Shown here one piece after another: positions 23,278-34,281 of a stretch of 64,000 nucleotides of DNA. The notes under the pieces were generated by a model that worked only from the letters and a program-made list of their open reading frames with translations, did not search any database and was not told the DNA's origin. The stretch's first letter is position 1. The number at the start of each line of letters is the position of its first letter. This stretch comes from Cyanidioschyzon merolae (Eukaryota), in assembly GCA_000091205.1 (NCBI GenBank), contig AP006502.2; one strand, given 5' to 3'. Both the position numbers and the translations under genes were made by a program.

Positions 23278-24640
23278 TTCGCCCGGAAAGCGCCTGCAGC
23301 GCTACGCAGCTCTTGTATGACCAATGCTCAGCAAGCCGCTCGCGCGTGCTGTGCAGAGGAACACCACAACTGCTAGACTAGACTTTTGCACGTAAACGTG
23401 TCTGGACCTTCAAGGATTATGCGCTATGCTCCAGAAGGGCCTGCCACGCACGCGAACGCTTATCGTTGGCGCTGGAGTGTGCACTGGAGCGCAACGCGAC
23501 CGCCGCGCGCCAGCCCCAAGTCCAGTGCTGTCCAGTCAGGTCGATATAGAGGGCCTTGTCGATGCACCTGGTCGACAGCGATATCCTTGGAACGTCTGCG
23601 GACGCACTCGATCGTGAAGCGATTACATGCGACCGAGTGACAGTGCAGCTTCGGAGGCGCTAAGTATGCAGCGGTATCGTCGTTGAGGTCGCTGGGCTAG
23701 TCTTGCACTCGAGCCTTGTCTTCTGAACGTTGTTCGAGCGTCTGGGCCTCGGGCGTCGCAGGTCAAGACGTGAGCGTGTGTCCACGGAAAGGACTAGGTA
23801 CCGGGGATGACACCTCGCACACGCGCCAGTTCATAAGCGGCGATTCCGCAAATCTTTCTGCATAGCGCTCATCTCTTATCACTAGCAAGTCTGATCTCGG
23901 AAACAACTCCGGTATAAAGGATTCGATCGGTTCCGACTTTAAGGGTGACGCGGAAGACCTTCCTTGGCGGAAGCAGCATCCCGAGCTGTGAACTAGATGC
24001 ATGCGGCAATCAATCGGTACCGGAAGCTCCCACATGAACGGGTTTTACCTGCTCAATGATAGATGGTGTTGACACCGGCTCTGCAGTGCTCCCCTTCGAC
24101 TGGATGACGGACGAGGAATGAAGCACGGACCCGTGGCATAACAAGGCCGCCACGACGTCAATCTGCTGCGTCGCATATGCGAATCACTCAAGATGGTGTG
24201 GGTACAGCCTTGCACACGTCCGGGCTTCATCAATACCATCGCCGCTCTGATTGAACACCATGAAAAACTGCCCGAGATTCTTCCGCTGCTTGTGAAATGC
24301 AGAGATTTGTGTAGGGGCGCACTGTTCTCGGCCCTGGCTGCTGACAGCACGCGCCCATCATAGGGCAAACGGCCCGATTCATGCATTCATTCGACTCGCT
24401 GCAGAAAAGCGCTGCTGACGCATTCCATTGGGCACGATTCTCTGCGAAAGTTGGCAGCCCGACGCGTTTGGCGTCGCGGATGTCACCCTCGTGCCTATGA
24501 CCCAATCCATATCTGTGACTCGTGGATCAGGTTGCATGCTTGATCTTGTCAGGTGCGAAGACGCGCCCGCGTCGCGGGATGCCACGGGCGCTCATTCGTG
24601 AATCGGAAAACTCCCCATCGTACCAAAGAGCGTCGTTTCC

Positions 24641-27214
24641 TCAGGGCATGGGAAGCGCCCTCCGGCACGTGGGACATTCCAGCTTGATCTCCATCCATTT
24701 CAGGAGACACTCGCTGTGAAAGGCGTGGTCGCAGGGCGTCACCATAACCGCACTTGTTTCCTCATCCTCGAGGCTTTGCATGCAGATTACACAGTCGCCT
24801 TGCGAATGCACCGCGAACGGCCGACTGTATTCGTACTTTTGCGGCCGCAAACGCCTGGGAATGAACCAGCGACCACCCCAGCGTGCTTGGCTCTCCATCC
24901 AAACAATCTGCAGCAAGCTCCAGCATACGAGTCCAATACAGAGTCGCGGCCGCGGTCGCAAATGTAAAAAGTTGGATGGGCATCCCAAAAAGTACAGAGG
25001 CGCCAGCAGCCGCGCACTACTCGAAAGAAGTGCATAGGGCAGCAGAAACGAGCGGCGTGCATCCAGGTACGCAGTTCGAAGGATCTGCGGCAGCCAGTAT
25101 GAATACATTCCGAAAATGATGATATTCAGGTGATTCTGCATGTGATAAATGGCAAGAACACCGATCAGTAGTGCCGCGTAGAAGCGCGAATAGAGTAGCG
25201 AAAGCTCTCGGCGAACGGTGTCCCAGCCAGTATTGTTCACCCGCCAGTTTCGAGCCTTCCAGATCATCAGCAAATACCTCATCTCGAATACGCTAAATAT
25301 CACAAAGTAGAAGAAGGACGCAGTTGCAAAAGCGTTGAAGAGAGCCTGCACGACTACCCCAAAGACGAGATGCATCAGGCACATGTACGCATCCATAATC
25401 GCCTGCATGCCGACGGAGAGCATGCTAATTTTTGCGGCTGACGCCTGCGTATTCGTTGATTCCATCTGCTTCAGAATGACAGCTATCTGCATGATAGCGA
25501 AAAGAATCGACACAAGCGAGTATTTCTGCGCTGCGGAGAGGATTCTCATGGTGTTTGCCGTCGAGAGGCGCAGCTGGAAGCGCGCGCGACCCCGGCACGC
25601 ATCGCTGGTGTCCAGGTCACCGATCATGGACAACTGGGGTAGAACTGCCTCGGCGAGACCGGCCGAGTTCAAGGGCCGCTGTTCGTGATTGCGGCCATTG
25701 TGCTCATTCGAGTACTTGTCCACATGCAGAACAGCTCGGATTGGGCACAAGATGGCCGGGTTGTACCACTGACTTTGAGCTGATTCGTTAGCACTTTTTG
25801 TACGCTCTCGATTCGTGAGCACGGCGGCACGTGTGTTCGCGGCGTTCAGGCGCAACCTCGCCGCGTCCAGCGACACGGACTCCGAGTTGCACGCCTCTCT
25901 TGAACGAAGGGCGTCCTTCGTGCGGCTCAACGTCTCCAGTGTTCCATTTTCGGAGACGCGGGGCCCGCCCGCTGCCTCGGAAGCGGGCGATTGCAGCGCC
26001 TCCACTATTGTTCGTTCGAACGTAGCCAGATCTAGCGGGGTTCGCTCGTCCTTCATTTGAGGCAGGTCTAGGTACGCTTCATAGAGTTGCTTGATGGCGC
26101 CTCGAGGCCGGACTCGGGTATCGCCAGCGAGCAGTAGCGTGCCGTCCGGAAAGCTGTACAGACCCAGCACATTCATCCACACATCGCCTTTGCTACGATA
26201 TCGCCCGTCTCGCAGTAATATGTCACCAAGGACGACATCAATTGCTGCTCGAGGAGAGGCGCCCGCGTCCTGACCACCTCTAGTGCCCGAATTCGAGTCA
26301 TCGAGAAGTTTCGGTGCCAATCGTTGGATGAGCGACAAAGACGCAAAGCCGGAGCTCTCATGCAACCCTAGCTGGTAGACGTCGCGACGTGGAACCGTAA
26401 TTGTGTGCTTGGTGTTCTCCACGACAAGCGACGCATTCCCCGACGGTGCACTTGGCTCGTTTGCACCAGACTGAGAAACTGTCGTCGGGAGCATCCATTT
26501 CCCAGTGATCGTACCGTATATTTCCCGCGGCACTTTGCGTGACGCGCCACGATTCTGTGCGCTCTGCGCGGACACGCCGGTGACGACAGCGAGTTGCCGC
26601 TGGATGCTCCAGCGGCTCAAGTGCGTGCTCTCCAGCGCAATATGACCACTAGGCCTCGATGCAAACGTCTGCTTGTGCCAGACCGGATTCGGACTTTTCA
26701 CCGGTAATGCTGCAGTCATGCGTGCTTGTACCATGAACAGCACAATCACCATGAGCGGAACCAGTGCAAGAGAAAGCAGCCTTTTCCTTACACTGCCATG
26801 CGCCGGCTGCTGGAGCATTTCAGGTCTATTTCGCTCCTGGGGTCGCCGTACTCGCGGCATTCTCGACGTTGGTCGTCGCGCGGCACGTACGGAACCGCCC
26901 AATCTCGCAAGCTCACGCGTGGTCGGCTTGCGGCTTCTCGGATGAGCCACGATCTCTGGTGTCGCGTCAAAAGAAGCGGTTCGTGATTCCAGAATCATCG
27001 CATGAAGACGATATGTTGGTATCGAGGAATTACCCGAAAAATCAACGGCGATGAACGTGCGCGACGCGCCAGAGACGTGGCGAGTCTGGCGCGAAACCCC
27101 GTCTTCCCCCGGTACGTCGTTCGTCTGGAGCGCTGTTGTGCTTCCTATTTCGATCCAGCAGGCAGCCAAGGACTCACAATGCACTGTGATAGTAAACTCG
27201 GAAACGATTGGCAC
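24641..27214 (-). CDS. transmembrane RING-H2 E3 ubiquitin ligase, Tul1/Dsc-complex-like
   Basis: 857-aa ORF. Signal/anchor around LLSLALVPLMVIVLFMV. Large lumenal domain, then several hydrophobic helices. C-terminal RING-H2 CVICMQSLEDEETSAVMVTPCDHAFHSECLLKWMEIKLECPTCRRALP. The true start may be an internal Met (MLQQPAHG...), which would give a shorter protein. Confidence 0.8.
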   Translation of the reverse strand: MPIVSEFTITVHCESLAACWIEIGSTTALQTNDVPGEDGVSRQTRHVSGASRTFIAVDFSGNSSIPTYRLHAMILESRTASFDATPEIVAHPRSRKPTTRELARLGGSVRAARRPTSRMPRVRRPQERNRPEMLQQPAHGSVRKRLLSLALVPLMVIVLFMVQARMTAALPVKSPNPVWHKQTFASRPSGHIALESTHLSRWSIQRQLAVVTGVSAQSAQNRGASRKVPREIYGTITGKWMLPTTVSQSGANEPSAPSGNASLVVENTKHTITVPRRDVYQLGLHESSGFASLSLIQRLAPKLLDDSNSGTRGGQDAGASPRAAIDVVLGDILLRDGRYRSKGDVWMNVLGLYSFPDGTLLLAGDTRVRPRGAIKQLYEAYLDLPQMKDERTPLDLATFERTIVEALQSPASEAAGGPRVSENGTLETLSRTKDALRSREACNSESVSLDAARLRLNAANTRAAVLTNRERTKSANESAQSQWYNPAILCPIRAVLHVDKYSNEHNGRNHEQRPLNSAGLAEAVLPQLSMIGDLDTSDACRGRARFQLRLSTANTMRILSAAQKYSLVSILFAIMQIAVILKQMESTNTQASAAKISMLSVGMQAIMDAYMCLMHLVFGVVVQALFNAFATASFFYFVIFSVFEMRYLLMIWKARNWRVNNTGWDTVRRELSLLYSRFYAALLIGVLAIYHMQNHLNIIIFGMYSYWLPQILRTAYLDARRSFLLPYALLSSSARLLAPLYFLGCPSNFLHLRPRPRLCIGLVCWSLLQIVWMESQARWGGRWFIPRRLRPQKYEYSRPFAVHSQGDCVICMQSLEDEETSAVMVTPCDHAFHSECLLKWMEIKLECPTCRRALPMP

Positions 27215-28016
27215 GAGAACCCGCTGGAGTCCTTCGGGAGCACAGGTTGCAGCTCTCTGTCCACGTCAAGCTTCTCAGCAAAGCCTTCTTCAGAACAGTC
27301 GCTGATCGACTGATGCTTCTAATGGCTGCTATATTGCGCGTTCCACAAGGCCAGCCGCCGGGAGAAGCAATCCTAAAAGTGCTGCGTTCGCGCTCTGAGC
27401 TCTAAAATATCTGTTAGAGAGTTCGGTGGCTCGGCTCTTACCCAGAAGTAACCACGGCTCCACAGCTACGCAGCTCCAGTCCAGCGCTAGATGTTTCCTC
27501 ACTCAAAAAATACCTAATCAGGATCCGCTTTGCTCAATTCGTCGGCCACGCGGAGCGTGTGAGCCTCGACGTCGACGCTTGCGCACGTCGCGAAGGTTTG
27601 AGGTGTGGACTCCCGCTGTTTTCGGTGCAGCGACGCAGCCTGTTCCGCAGCAACAGTATACAAGTCGCTACACGGGAAAGCGTCCTTCACAAACGCCACA
27701 CTTGTTTACCAACGCTCCCGCCGACGATAGCAAGATACACGGAAGGGTGTACAACTTCCAGTTGATCGCTGTTGCACCAAAGCCGCGAATCGCCATCATT
27801 CGCGTGGCCAGGACGATATTAGTCATTGTGTATGATCTCCTCTAGATATGAAACATATATGTAATTATACGTTCATATCTCCATAAATATGAATCATTCA
27901 GACTCGCCGCATGCTGGGACGGCAGCGACGCTGCCAGCGCCACCGGTACTTCTTGCCGTGGGCGCGTTTCCCCAGCCAGTGCTCGTAACTACGGTTGGTT
28001 CCAGTGTCAACAACAA
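27215..28016. promoter_or_regulatory. divergent intergenic region shared by the Tul1-like (-) and NOP58 (+) genes; contains an AT-rich palindromic tract at about 27841-27900
   Basis: Head-to-head gene arrangement. The segment ctctagatatgaaacatatatgtaattatacgttcatatctccataaatatgaatcattc is the only strongly AT-rich stretch between the two start codons. Promoter function is inferred only. Confidence 0.3.
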
Positions 28017-29630
28017 GTGGCTGGCACTTGCGTGACGGCGAGAGAACTACTATCGCTGCTCTTCCGTTTGGAGGTAGCACCAATGTTGGTTCTGCTTGAG
28101 ACGTCCACAGGCTTTGCCCTGTTCAAGCTTCGCCACGAGTCACGCCTGCGGGCGGCGACCGAAGAAGATCTCGGCGCCATTTTCGAGTCAGATCCGGAGC
28201 GCCTCGGAAAGTTCCTTAAACTGAAAGCTTTTCAAAAGTTCAAGGATCTCTCTGAAGCTTTGACCGCGGCGGCTGCGCTCTCGGAGGGCAAGTTGTCAAA
28301 GAGTTTGAAAAAGTTCTTAAAACGGAATGTGGAGCAGAGCGATGCCGTGGCGGTTTGCGAACCGAAACTCGCCGGCATAGTGAAAGAAAAGCTCGATCTG
28401 GAGTGCGTTTATGATCCGGGTTTGAACGAGGTTATGCGAGGTTTACGTGCGCGGTACTCGGATCTGCTCCGATCGGAGCTGGAACTGGAAACGGAGCGTC
28501 CCATGGTGCTCGGTTTGGCGCACTCGCTTTCTCGATACAAGCTTAAGTTCTCACCCGACAAGATCGATACCATGATTGTACAAGCAATTGCGCTCCTTGA
28601 TGACCTAGACAAGGAAATCAACACATACGCCATGCGATTGCGAGAATGGTTCGGCTGGCACTTCCCGGAACTTTCCAAACTGGTCCCTGACAATGCCCTC
28701 TATGCAAAACTGATCGCCCAGATGGGCACTCGACGAGGTGTCAGCCGCATCGACTGGGAGCAGTTTGGGGACCAAGTGCATAGGGAAGCTGTAGAGTCCG
28801 CAGCACGCGTGAGCATGGGCACGGAAATAAGCGACGAAGATGAGCGGAACATCGAGGAGCTTGCGTTGCAGGTGGTGAGTTTGTCTGAATATCGCGCAGA
28901 GCTCTTTGCGTACCTCTGTAATCGAATGCGGGCGATCGCTCCGAACCTCACAGCCATGGTCGGTGAAATCGTCGGTGCTCGCCTGATTGCACACGCGGGT
29001 AGCCTGCTGAACCTGGCCAAGTTCCCAGCGTCGACGATCCAGATTTTGGGCGCTGAGAAAGCCCTCTTTCGTGCATTGAAGACCAAGCACCCTACACCAA
29101 AGTACGGCTTAATTTACCATGCGAGTTTGGTTGGTCAAGCGCCACCTCGAATCAAAGGCAAAATCTCCAGAGTCCTTGCAGCGAAGACGGCGCTCGCGGT
29201 ACGCCTAGATGCGCTTACCGAACGAGATGAAAATGTCGAGCAAATCACAGCCGTAGATGATGAGTCCGCGGCACGTGTAGCGCTTGGAATGGAGAACCGA
29301 GCAAAGGTTGAACGCCGTCTCCGGCAACTGGAGAGCGCAGCGTCGAGCCGTGCGCCTGGTCGACGTCAAGCGCAATCGTATCCAGCGACGGTACACGCTG
29401 ACAGCACCCGTTCACGGCCGTCACGGTATGATCCGCCGGTGGAAAAACGCAGTTATCGAGTTGGCGATGATGCGTTGCCATCCGACGGCTACTCTTTCCG
29501 ACCTGCGGCCGCGAATAAGGCCCACACCTCTGCGGACCAGGCGGACGATAAGAAGCGCCACAGAAATGGACCCTCTGGTACCGGAAGCCGTGAGAGCAAG
29601 CGTCCCAAGGAGGCAGATGAACGTCCCTAA
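28017..29630 (+). CDS. NOP58: nucleolar protein Nop58 (box C/D snoRNP core protein)
   Basis: 537-aa ORF. LGLAHSLSRYKLKFSPDKIDTMIVQAIALLDDLDKEINTYAMRLREWFGWHFPEL, IAPNLTAMVGEIVGARLIAHAGSL and PASTIQILGAEKALFRALKTKHPTPKYGLIYHASLVGQA are near-identical to the yeast/human Nop58 NOP domain. Lys/Arg-rich C-terminal tail. Confidence 0.9.
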   Translation: MAGTCVTARELLSLLFRLEVAPMLVLLETSTGFALFKLRHESRLRAATEEDLGAIFESDPERLGKFLKLKAFQKFKDLSEALTAAAALSEGKLSKSLKKFLKRNVEQSDAVAVCEPKLAGIVKEKLDLECVYDPGLNEVMRGLRARYSDLLRSELELETERPMVLGLAHSLSRYKLKFSPDKIDTMIVQAIALLDDLDKEINTYAMRLREWFGWHFPELSKLVPDNALYAKLIAQMGTRRGVSRIDWEQFGDQVHREAVESAARVSMGTEISDEDERNIEELALQVVSLSEYRAELFAYLCNRMRAIAPNLTAMVGEIVGARLIAHAGSLLNLAKFPASTIQILGAEKALFRALKTKHPTPKYGLIYHASLVGQAPPRIKGKISRVLAAKTALAVRLDALTERDENVEQITAVDDESAARVALGMENRAKVERRLRQLESAASSRAPGRRQAQSYPATVHADSTRSRPSRYDPPVEKRSYRVGDDALPSDGYSFRPAAANKAHTSADQADDKKRHRNGPSGTGSRESKRPKEADERP

Positions 29631-30186
29631 GCCACTGGTAGTGCTGGAGGTGGCCTCTTTGATAGCATGCTCACGTGCGCTGGAACGCAACCTGCGCATT
29701 TTAAAATGAAGCGGGACGCGCCTGTCGCTCCATCATCTCTTCGCGTTTTCGCAGCGTCACTGCGGGATGATATGCCCAGCCTACGCAAAAGAGCATGCCC
29801 ATTGATGCCCTGTGCCTGCTCATTTCATATGATACCGAAACAGGCACCAGCGAGTGCTTGTGAATCTCTTCGCGGAGCTTTCCCATTCAGGGTAAAGGAA
29901 AATGGTATTCAGGCCCATGTACGCCGCGACCAATTTCCTATAGTCTTTCACCCCAGTGGTGTTGTGCACCCCCAGGTGCGGTCATCAAATGCGTTTTAGC
30001 GGCTTATAGCAAATGCATTCAAAGTGCGTTCGTTTGAAGAATTAAAAAATTCGAGGGAAAGCCATGGAGATGTAAGTCGGGGATCCCGGAAGGCCGTCAT
30101 CGCCGGCAACCCGGAAAACAACAACCGAAAAATCCCCATCTCGTCGACCACTGAGCGAAAAAGAGCGAAAGGCGAGGAAAAAGTAG

Positions 30187-30603
30187 GGAGATAGTCCAGA
30201 AAAGGGGTTTGCCCCACGGAACGACGCTGAGTCTGTAGTGGCACACAGGGCACGCATTCGAGGAATCCTTGCACTGGTGAATTCAGCCAGCGGCACTGCA
30301 CGCAACGAGTTCATCAACCGAGACTTTGACGCTGCCATCGATATCAGACGATGTGCGGTGCTACAGACGAGACACGAGGACCCGTCATAATCCAGGTTTG
30401 TGCAGCAGCCTCTCAGGCTCGAAGTGTGCCTTGATAAACTGAAACCGACAGCAGGCGGCTGGTCACAAAAGACTCGGAGGCGTCTGCGCGTGCGTACATA
30501 CAATTACCCTCCATGGTCTTGGGTCATTTTTGGTATCATGGACGCTGCATTTATAATCCGGTTATCTTTGATGGCGCCCAACACGACCACGAACATGAAC
30601 TGA
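30187..30603 (+). pseudogene. TnpB/Fanzor-like nuclease C-terminal fragment (copy 2), frameshifted
   Basis: Frame 1 reads ...HRARIRGILALVNSASGTARNEFINRDFDAAIDIRRCAVLQTRHEDPS*. This aligns with copy 1 (...RRAKVRGLLALVSTTIDGKKHMEYVNRDCNAAINIRRCAVME) across the RuvC-III motif. Homology continues downstream in another frame (EVCLDKLKPTAGGWSQKTRRRLRV vs KAELYETKFEAEVRGRFKKTGRRLHV). No RuvC-I/II upstream. Confidence 0.55.
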
Positions 30604-30957
30604 GCACGCATTGCTCAATCAGAACGTTTCGTGGCTTGGTCAGGACAAAAGCCCCCCCCTAAAACCCTCGTGTGCGTTCCTCTTGGCAGCATCGTGCCGC
30701 GAAGCGATCGCTCTCAGGGGGTCCGCATTCAGCGCTGGGGTACCGCTTCCGCTCGCTCTCTGTCTCGCCTCGCCATGGACGCACGCAGGCATGAACGCCG
30801 TACGCTGCACGAGAGTTCGCTCCCTGTGAATGCATATATCCTTTCTGCATTAAACGCTCACATTTCCAGAGCGATTTGGAGCATCCAATGGTGCTCACGA
30901 AAGCGCCGACGACGCCGTAGACGTTCGGCTTCTGATGTATGCGCAAAAAGAAACGTC

Positions 30958-31959
30958 TTACGGGGGATCTTTCGTGCCGGCCTTGAATTCGTCTGGCTGC
31001 GCTGTGTTTGCATCGATGTTCGGGGCCGGCGCATCTGGGGGTTGTGCAAAAAACTTGATCGCTAGAATCGTCACCCAATCGTAAAGGGAATGCGTGATAG
31101 ACGGTGCTGCTAGATTGTGATGTGCCAGTTCAAACTGAATCGCAAAGAAAGCACCAGCCATACTGCTGAGCACGAAGTAAGCGACGTTGGCGGAGTGCGC
31201 GGCGCCAAATGCTAGCGCGCTGACCGCCACCGAGACCGGCAGCACCCCGAAATATCGATCTAGTAGGCCTTGAATCGCTCCACGAAAAAGCGCTTCTTCT
31301 CCGAAGCCGGCAGCCATGCAAAACAGGAGCGTCTCGAGAACACTGCGTTCGCCGAACACCTTTCTGACGGTTAGCTCGGTTAAACGCTTCAGCCGCTTTA
31401 TGGCCGGAATCGGCAATATGTCGAGACTGAAAAAAATCGCTGAGAATGGGACAGTGTAGAGGACGCCATCTCGAACAGCCTCCACATCCGTCCAGTTCGT
31501 GTGCTGAAGAACATCGAAGGAAAAGAGCGCACCCAGTCCGAGTCCTAGGGGAAAGAGGGCGAGTTCGCTCAGCAGACCAATCCAAAACAAGTCTACGGTA
31601 ATTCTTGTGCCAAAGGTGCACACAAAACCTAGTTTCGGTGGTTGTACAGCTGGTACCGGACCGCTTTCGCCAGACGCGCTCCTCGAAGCACGACAGCATC
31701 TTCCGCTGGGCACTGCGGAAACTGTTTCAAACCGAGGAACTGTCACCGAAGCAGATTGCTGCTTGCGAACTTGATAGCGATGAACAAGTTCGCTTTCGCG
31801 ACCTTGACAGCAGTTTACAGACCAGCGCTTGGTGAAAAAGTGGCGCGACCCAGCACAGTACACGAACGCAGTCGCTTGACGTGAAACGAGGCGCTGGTGC
31901 TGCAGGCGTCCCGACGCTGTCATTGGTGCCCGAGCCAGTGCCGCTGCGTACCGCTGCAC
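30958..31959 (-). CDS. CPBP-family intramembrane metalloprotease (CAAX protease/Abi family)
   Basis: 333-aa ORF. Multiple hydrophobic helices. Motif 1 EExxxR (FGEEALFRGAIQ), motif 2 FxxxH (FGAAHSAN), motif 3 HxxxD (ITHSLYD). Confidence 0.6.
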   Translation of the reverse strand: MQRYAAALARAPMTASGRLQHQRLVSRQATAFVYCAGSRHFFTKRWSVNCCQGRESELVHRYQVRKQQSASVTVPRFETVSAVPSGRCCRASRSASGESGPVPAVQPPKLGFVCTFGTRITVDLFWIGLLSELALFPLGLGLGALFSFDVLQHTNWTDVEAVRDGVLYTVPFSAIFFSLDILPIPAIKRLKRLTELTVRKVFGERSVLETLLFCMAAGFGEEALFRGAIQGLLDRYFGVLPVSVAVSALAFGAAHSANVAYFVLSSMAGAFFAIQFELAHHNLAAPSITHSLYDWVTILAIKFFAQPPDAPAPNIDANTAQPDEFKAGTKDPP

Positions 31960-33027
31960 TCTCTAAACCAGTTGCACGGTATGCACTGCCTACTCGACGA
32001 CTCGGTGAACTCTAGTCTCCGGCAACGGTTGGCGAGAAACGCTGCGCACGCTTCCGCACGACCAGGACATTGCGGATGTCGTTGAAGAGGCGCGTGCTGT
32101 AGCACTGCATACGCGGAGGCGCTTCAGTAAAGCCTGATGCGAACAGCTCTCGTCCGTTTACGAATAGTGCGGGACTTGTATGAATAGCTTCGGTAGTCCC
32201 TGAGCGGAAAACTTGCGACTTGATTGAGCAGCTGTGTTGTTCTGCGTTCGAAAGGCTCGGAACGGTTGTAAGCACCCGTCAGAGCGCGAGCTGCGACTGA
32301 CAAGCAGGTTGCCTTTGGTTTAGGTATCGACCACCGATGCAAGTGCTGGGGCTTGCACATCTCTGGCAGAGCGCCGAGGCGGTACCTCGGTAGTGTCTAA
32401 CACGTTCGCACTCCGGGGCAGTGGAAACGGCCCTCGTGCGTATCCGTCAGGGCTCTTGCTCTCGCCGCAACTAATGTAATGGAGAGCAGGTTCGAAGACC
32501 ACAAGGGTTTTTGAGTGTTGCAGGGAAGCTGTATTGTCTTCAGAGAAAAAGAAAAATGTCTACGAAGAAATAGAGGCTGGAGCACTTGTAGTTGGTCCGT
32601 CCGCCTTCTTCTGTCCATGGGAACAGAGCTCTACCCTCGTGTCAGGCTAGAATAGAGCACTGGCCTATTTGCGCTGTTCCTACTTTTCGATTTCTCCCTC
32701 AAACTTTTCTAGATGCACAGCTTTGACATTCGAAGCGCACCAGTGAGGGCATACGAATACAAACGTAACTTCAGGATTCTCTGCCGCCTGTTGTGGAGAG
32801 GCTCTACTGACCCTTTGCTGCTGGGATTCATTTTGTCACCGGATTCAAGATGGTTTGCAATGCCCTTGAACAATGGATCGTAAAACAAGCGATATCATTA
32901 TCCTATTTTATCGTGCAAGATTCCACGCTTCGCCATGACTTGCGTATAAAGCTTGCTCAAAGCACGAATTCTTCAAGTTTTCGATCTATGATTTGTTTCA
33001 TCTCATGGGCGGGGCAAATCGCCTTGT

Positions 33028-33579
33028 TTGACTGGTGAGGAAAACAACTCTACGTCGTCCCCAGATGAATATTTCATGCGCTCGTGCCGCATGTTCACTG
33101 AGCTGGTCACGTCGAATGATCGATTCCGCCGAAAAGCAAATCTTCCTCTGTACGTGACCATCGACGAAACGGCATCCGCCAGCACCATCAAGATACCACT
33201 CACAAGATACGCATCACGAGTCTCTCATCTCTTCTGTGTGCCTGAAGAATGGTTAAGGACTCGGACACCAGTCATCGAAACGATCGCTACGAACGGAGCG
33301 TACATCCACTTTCGGAACCGGAAGCGCAGATTGATCGAAATTTCTAGACATGAACTCCAGACTGGATTTTCGTTCCGGTACTTTTTTCCATATGGACGAT
33401 ATGAGGAATCACAAATTCATGATTGCATGGAACAGCGCGCACTTCCATGTGCAACTGACCGAGTAGACGACGTGGGGATCGCCCAGACAAAGCCATTGCT
33501 TGTAAGGTCTAGCGCTGGGCACCAAGACGCAGGAGGGTATCGAGGCGAGGCTTTTGCACCTGGGAACGGTATGTGCTGA
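33028..33579 (+). CDS. ORF encoded inside the inverted repeat; putative N-terminal region of the adjacent Fanzor/TnpB-like gene or a separate unknown protein
   Basis: 183-aa ORF in frame 1, the same frame as the downstream Fanzor-like segments. Ends at TGA where the paralogous copy has TGG and reads on, so this copy looks truncated. No recognisable domain. Confidence 0.4.
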   Translation: MTGEENNSTSSPDEYFMRSCRMFTELVTSNDRFRRKANLPLYVTIDETASASTIKIPLTRYASRVSHLFCVPEEWLRTRTPVIETIATNGAYIHFRNRKRRLIEISRHELQTGFSFRYFFPYGRYEESQIHDCMEQRALPCATDRVDDVGIAQTKPLLVRSSAGHQDAGGYRGEAFAPGNGMC

Positions 33580-33626
33580 GTGCCGAAGCCAGCGTCGACA
33601 CTGTACGGGGCGGTGCTCGCAGGTGG
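33047..33626. repeat. left arm (near-identical core) of a large inverted repeat; partner at 37636-38216
   Basis: Direct comparison of the sequence with the reverse complement of 37636-38216. The encoded peptides differ at 3 of about 175 residues. Homology continues at lower identity (roughly 65-75%) outward to about 32.9 kb and inward to about 33.80 kb. Confidence 0.85.
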
Positions 33627-33753
33627 ACATTTGGTGGGCGTTTGGGATCACCTGAACATAGTCAGGTATCCCGGCTGCGAAAAGCGCACCTGAGCTGCAT
33701 GCAAGGAAGAGGAGCACGGTAATTGAATACTAGATCGTATCTTCCGACTGTTC

Positions 33754-34017
33754 ATGAAAGACATCGACAACAGCGCGAAACTGTACAATCGGTTTCTTTA
33801 CGCTGCCATTAGCATCCTTCGATTCCTGAAGACGGCGCTCGAGAAAAACAAGAGACCGGCGTATTTGCAGCCAGAGATAACAAGAGGAAAAAGAAACTGT
33901 CACAAAACAATCCCACACAAGCTGGCGTCGGTGACAGTGGGAAAAACCAAAAGTTTCGCGTGTACCACCGAATTAGACAGACGACGTCCGTTCCACTCTA
34001 GTCTGACACGGGTCTAG
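33754..34017 (+). CDS. Fanzor/TnpB-like nuclease, N-terminal segment (copy 1), ends at an in-frame TAG (34015-34017)
   Basis: Frame-1 ORF MKDIDNSAKLYNRFLYAAISILRFLKTALEK... Homologous to the inverted remnant MQCVDSCRQQPTRDSNAAIRILRLVPMQ at 37374-37556 (-). Separated from the next segment by a single stop codon. Confidence 0.45.
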   Translation: MKDIDNSAKLYNRFLYAAISILRFLKTALEKNKRPAYLQPEITRGKRNCHKTIPHKLASVTVGKTKSFACTTELDRRRPFHSSLTRV

Positions 34018-34029
34018 TTCGTTGACGCG

Positions 34030-34281
34030 GTGAAGCATGAAGATGAGAAGGAGGCGGATCCTTCGACACAGAAAGTGCATGAGAACGACTTTGTCGTCAG
34101 TGCGGACCCTGGAAAAACGAAAATCGTAACCATCGCAGCATCCAGGCGTGCAGAAGATGGCACTGACGGTAACTTACGTCAGAAAGACATGCGTCTTTTG
34201 ATGTTCTCGAGAGCGAGATACTTCCGAAAATCCGGTATAATGAATGCAAGGAAGAAAATTGTACGTGGAATGCAGGAATGA
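34030..34281 (+). CDS. Fanzor/TnpB-like nuclease, RuvC-I segment (copy 1)
   Basis: Frame 1. FVVSADPGKTKIVTIAA matches the RuvC-I GxDxGxxxxxT motif (catalytic Asp codon at 34105-34107). The frame is lost between 34173 and 34280, where frame 3 takes over. Confidence 0.55.
   Translation: MKHEDEKEADPSTQKVHENDFVVSADPGKTKIVTIAASRRAEDGTDGNLRQKDMRLLMFSRARYFRKSGIMNARKKIVRGMQE

Noticed and set aside
31130-31699. 189-aa ORF overlapping the CPBP protease gene on the same strand
   Set aside because: It is an alternative frame of a gene with clear catalytic motifs in the other frame, and is Arg/Cys-rich nonsense.
34231-34250. Candidate mini-intron GTATAATGAATGCAAG that would splice frame 1 to frame 3 in the Fanzor-like gene
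   Set aside because: At 16 nt it is shorter than any common spliceosomal intron class, and it cannot be supported without transcript data.
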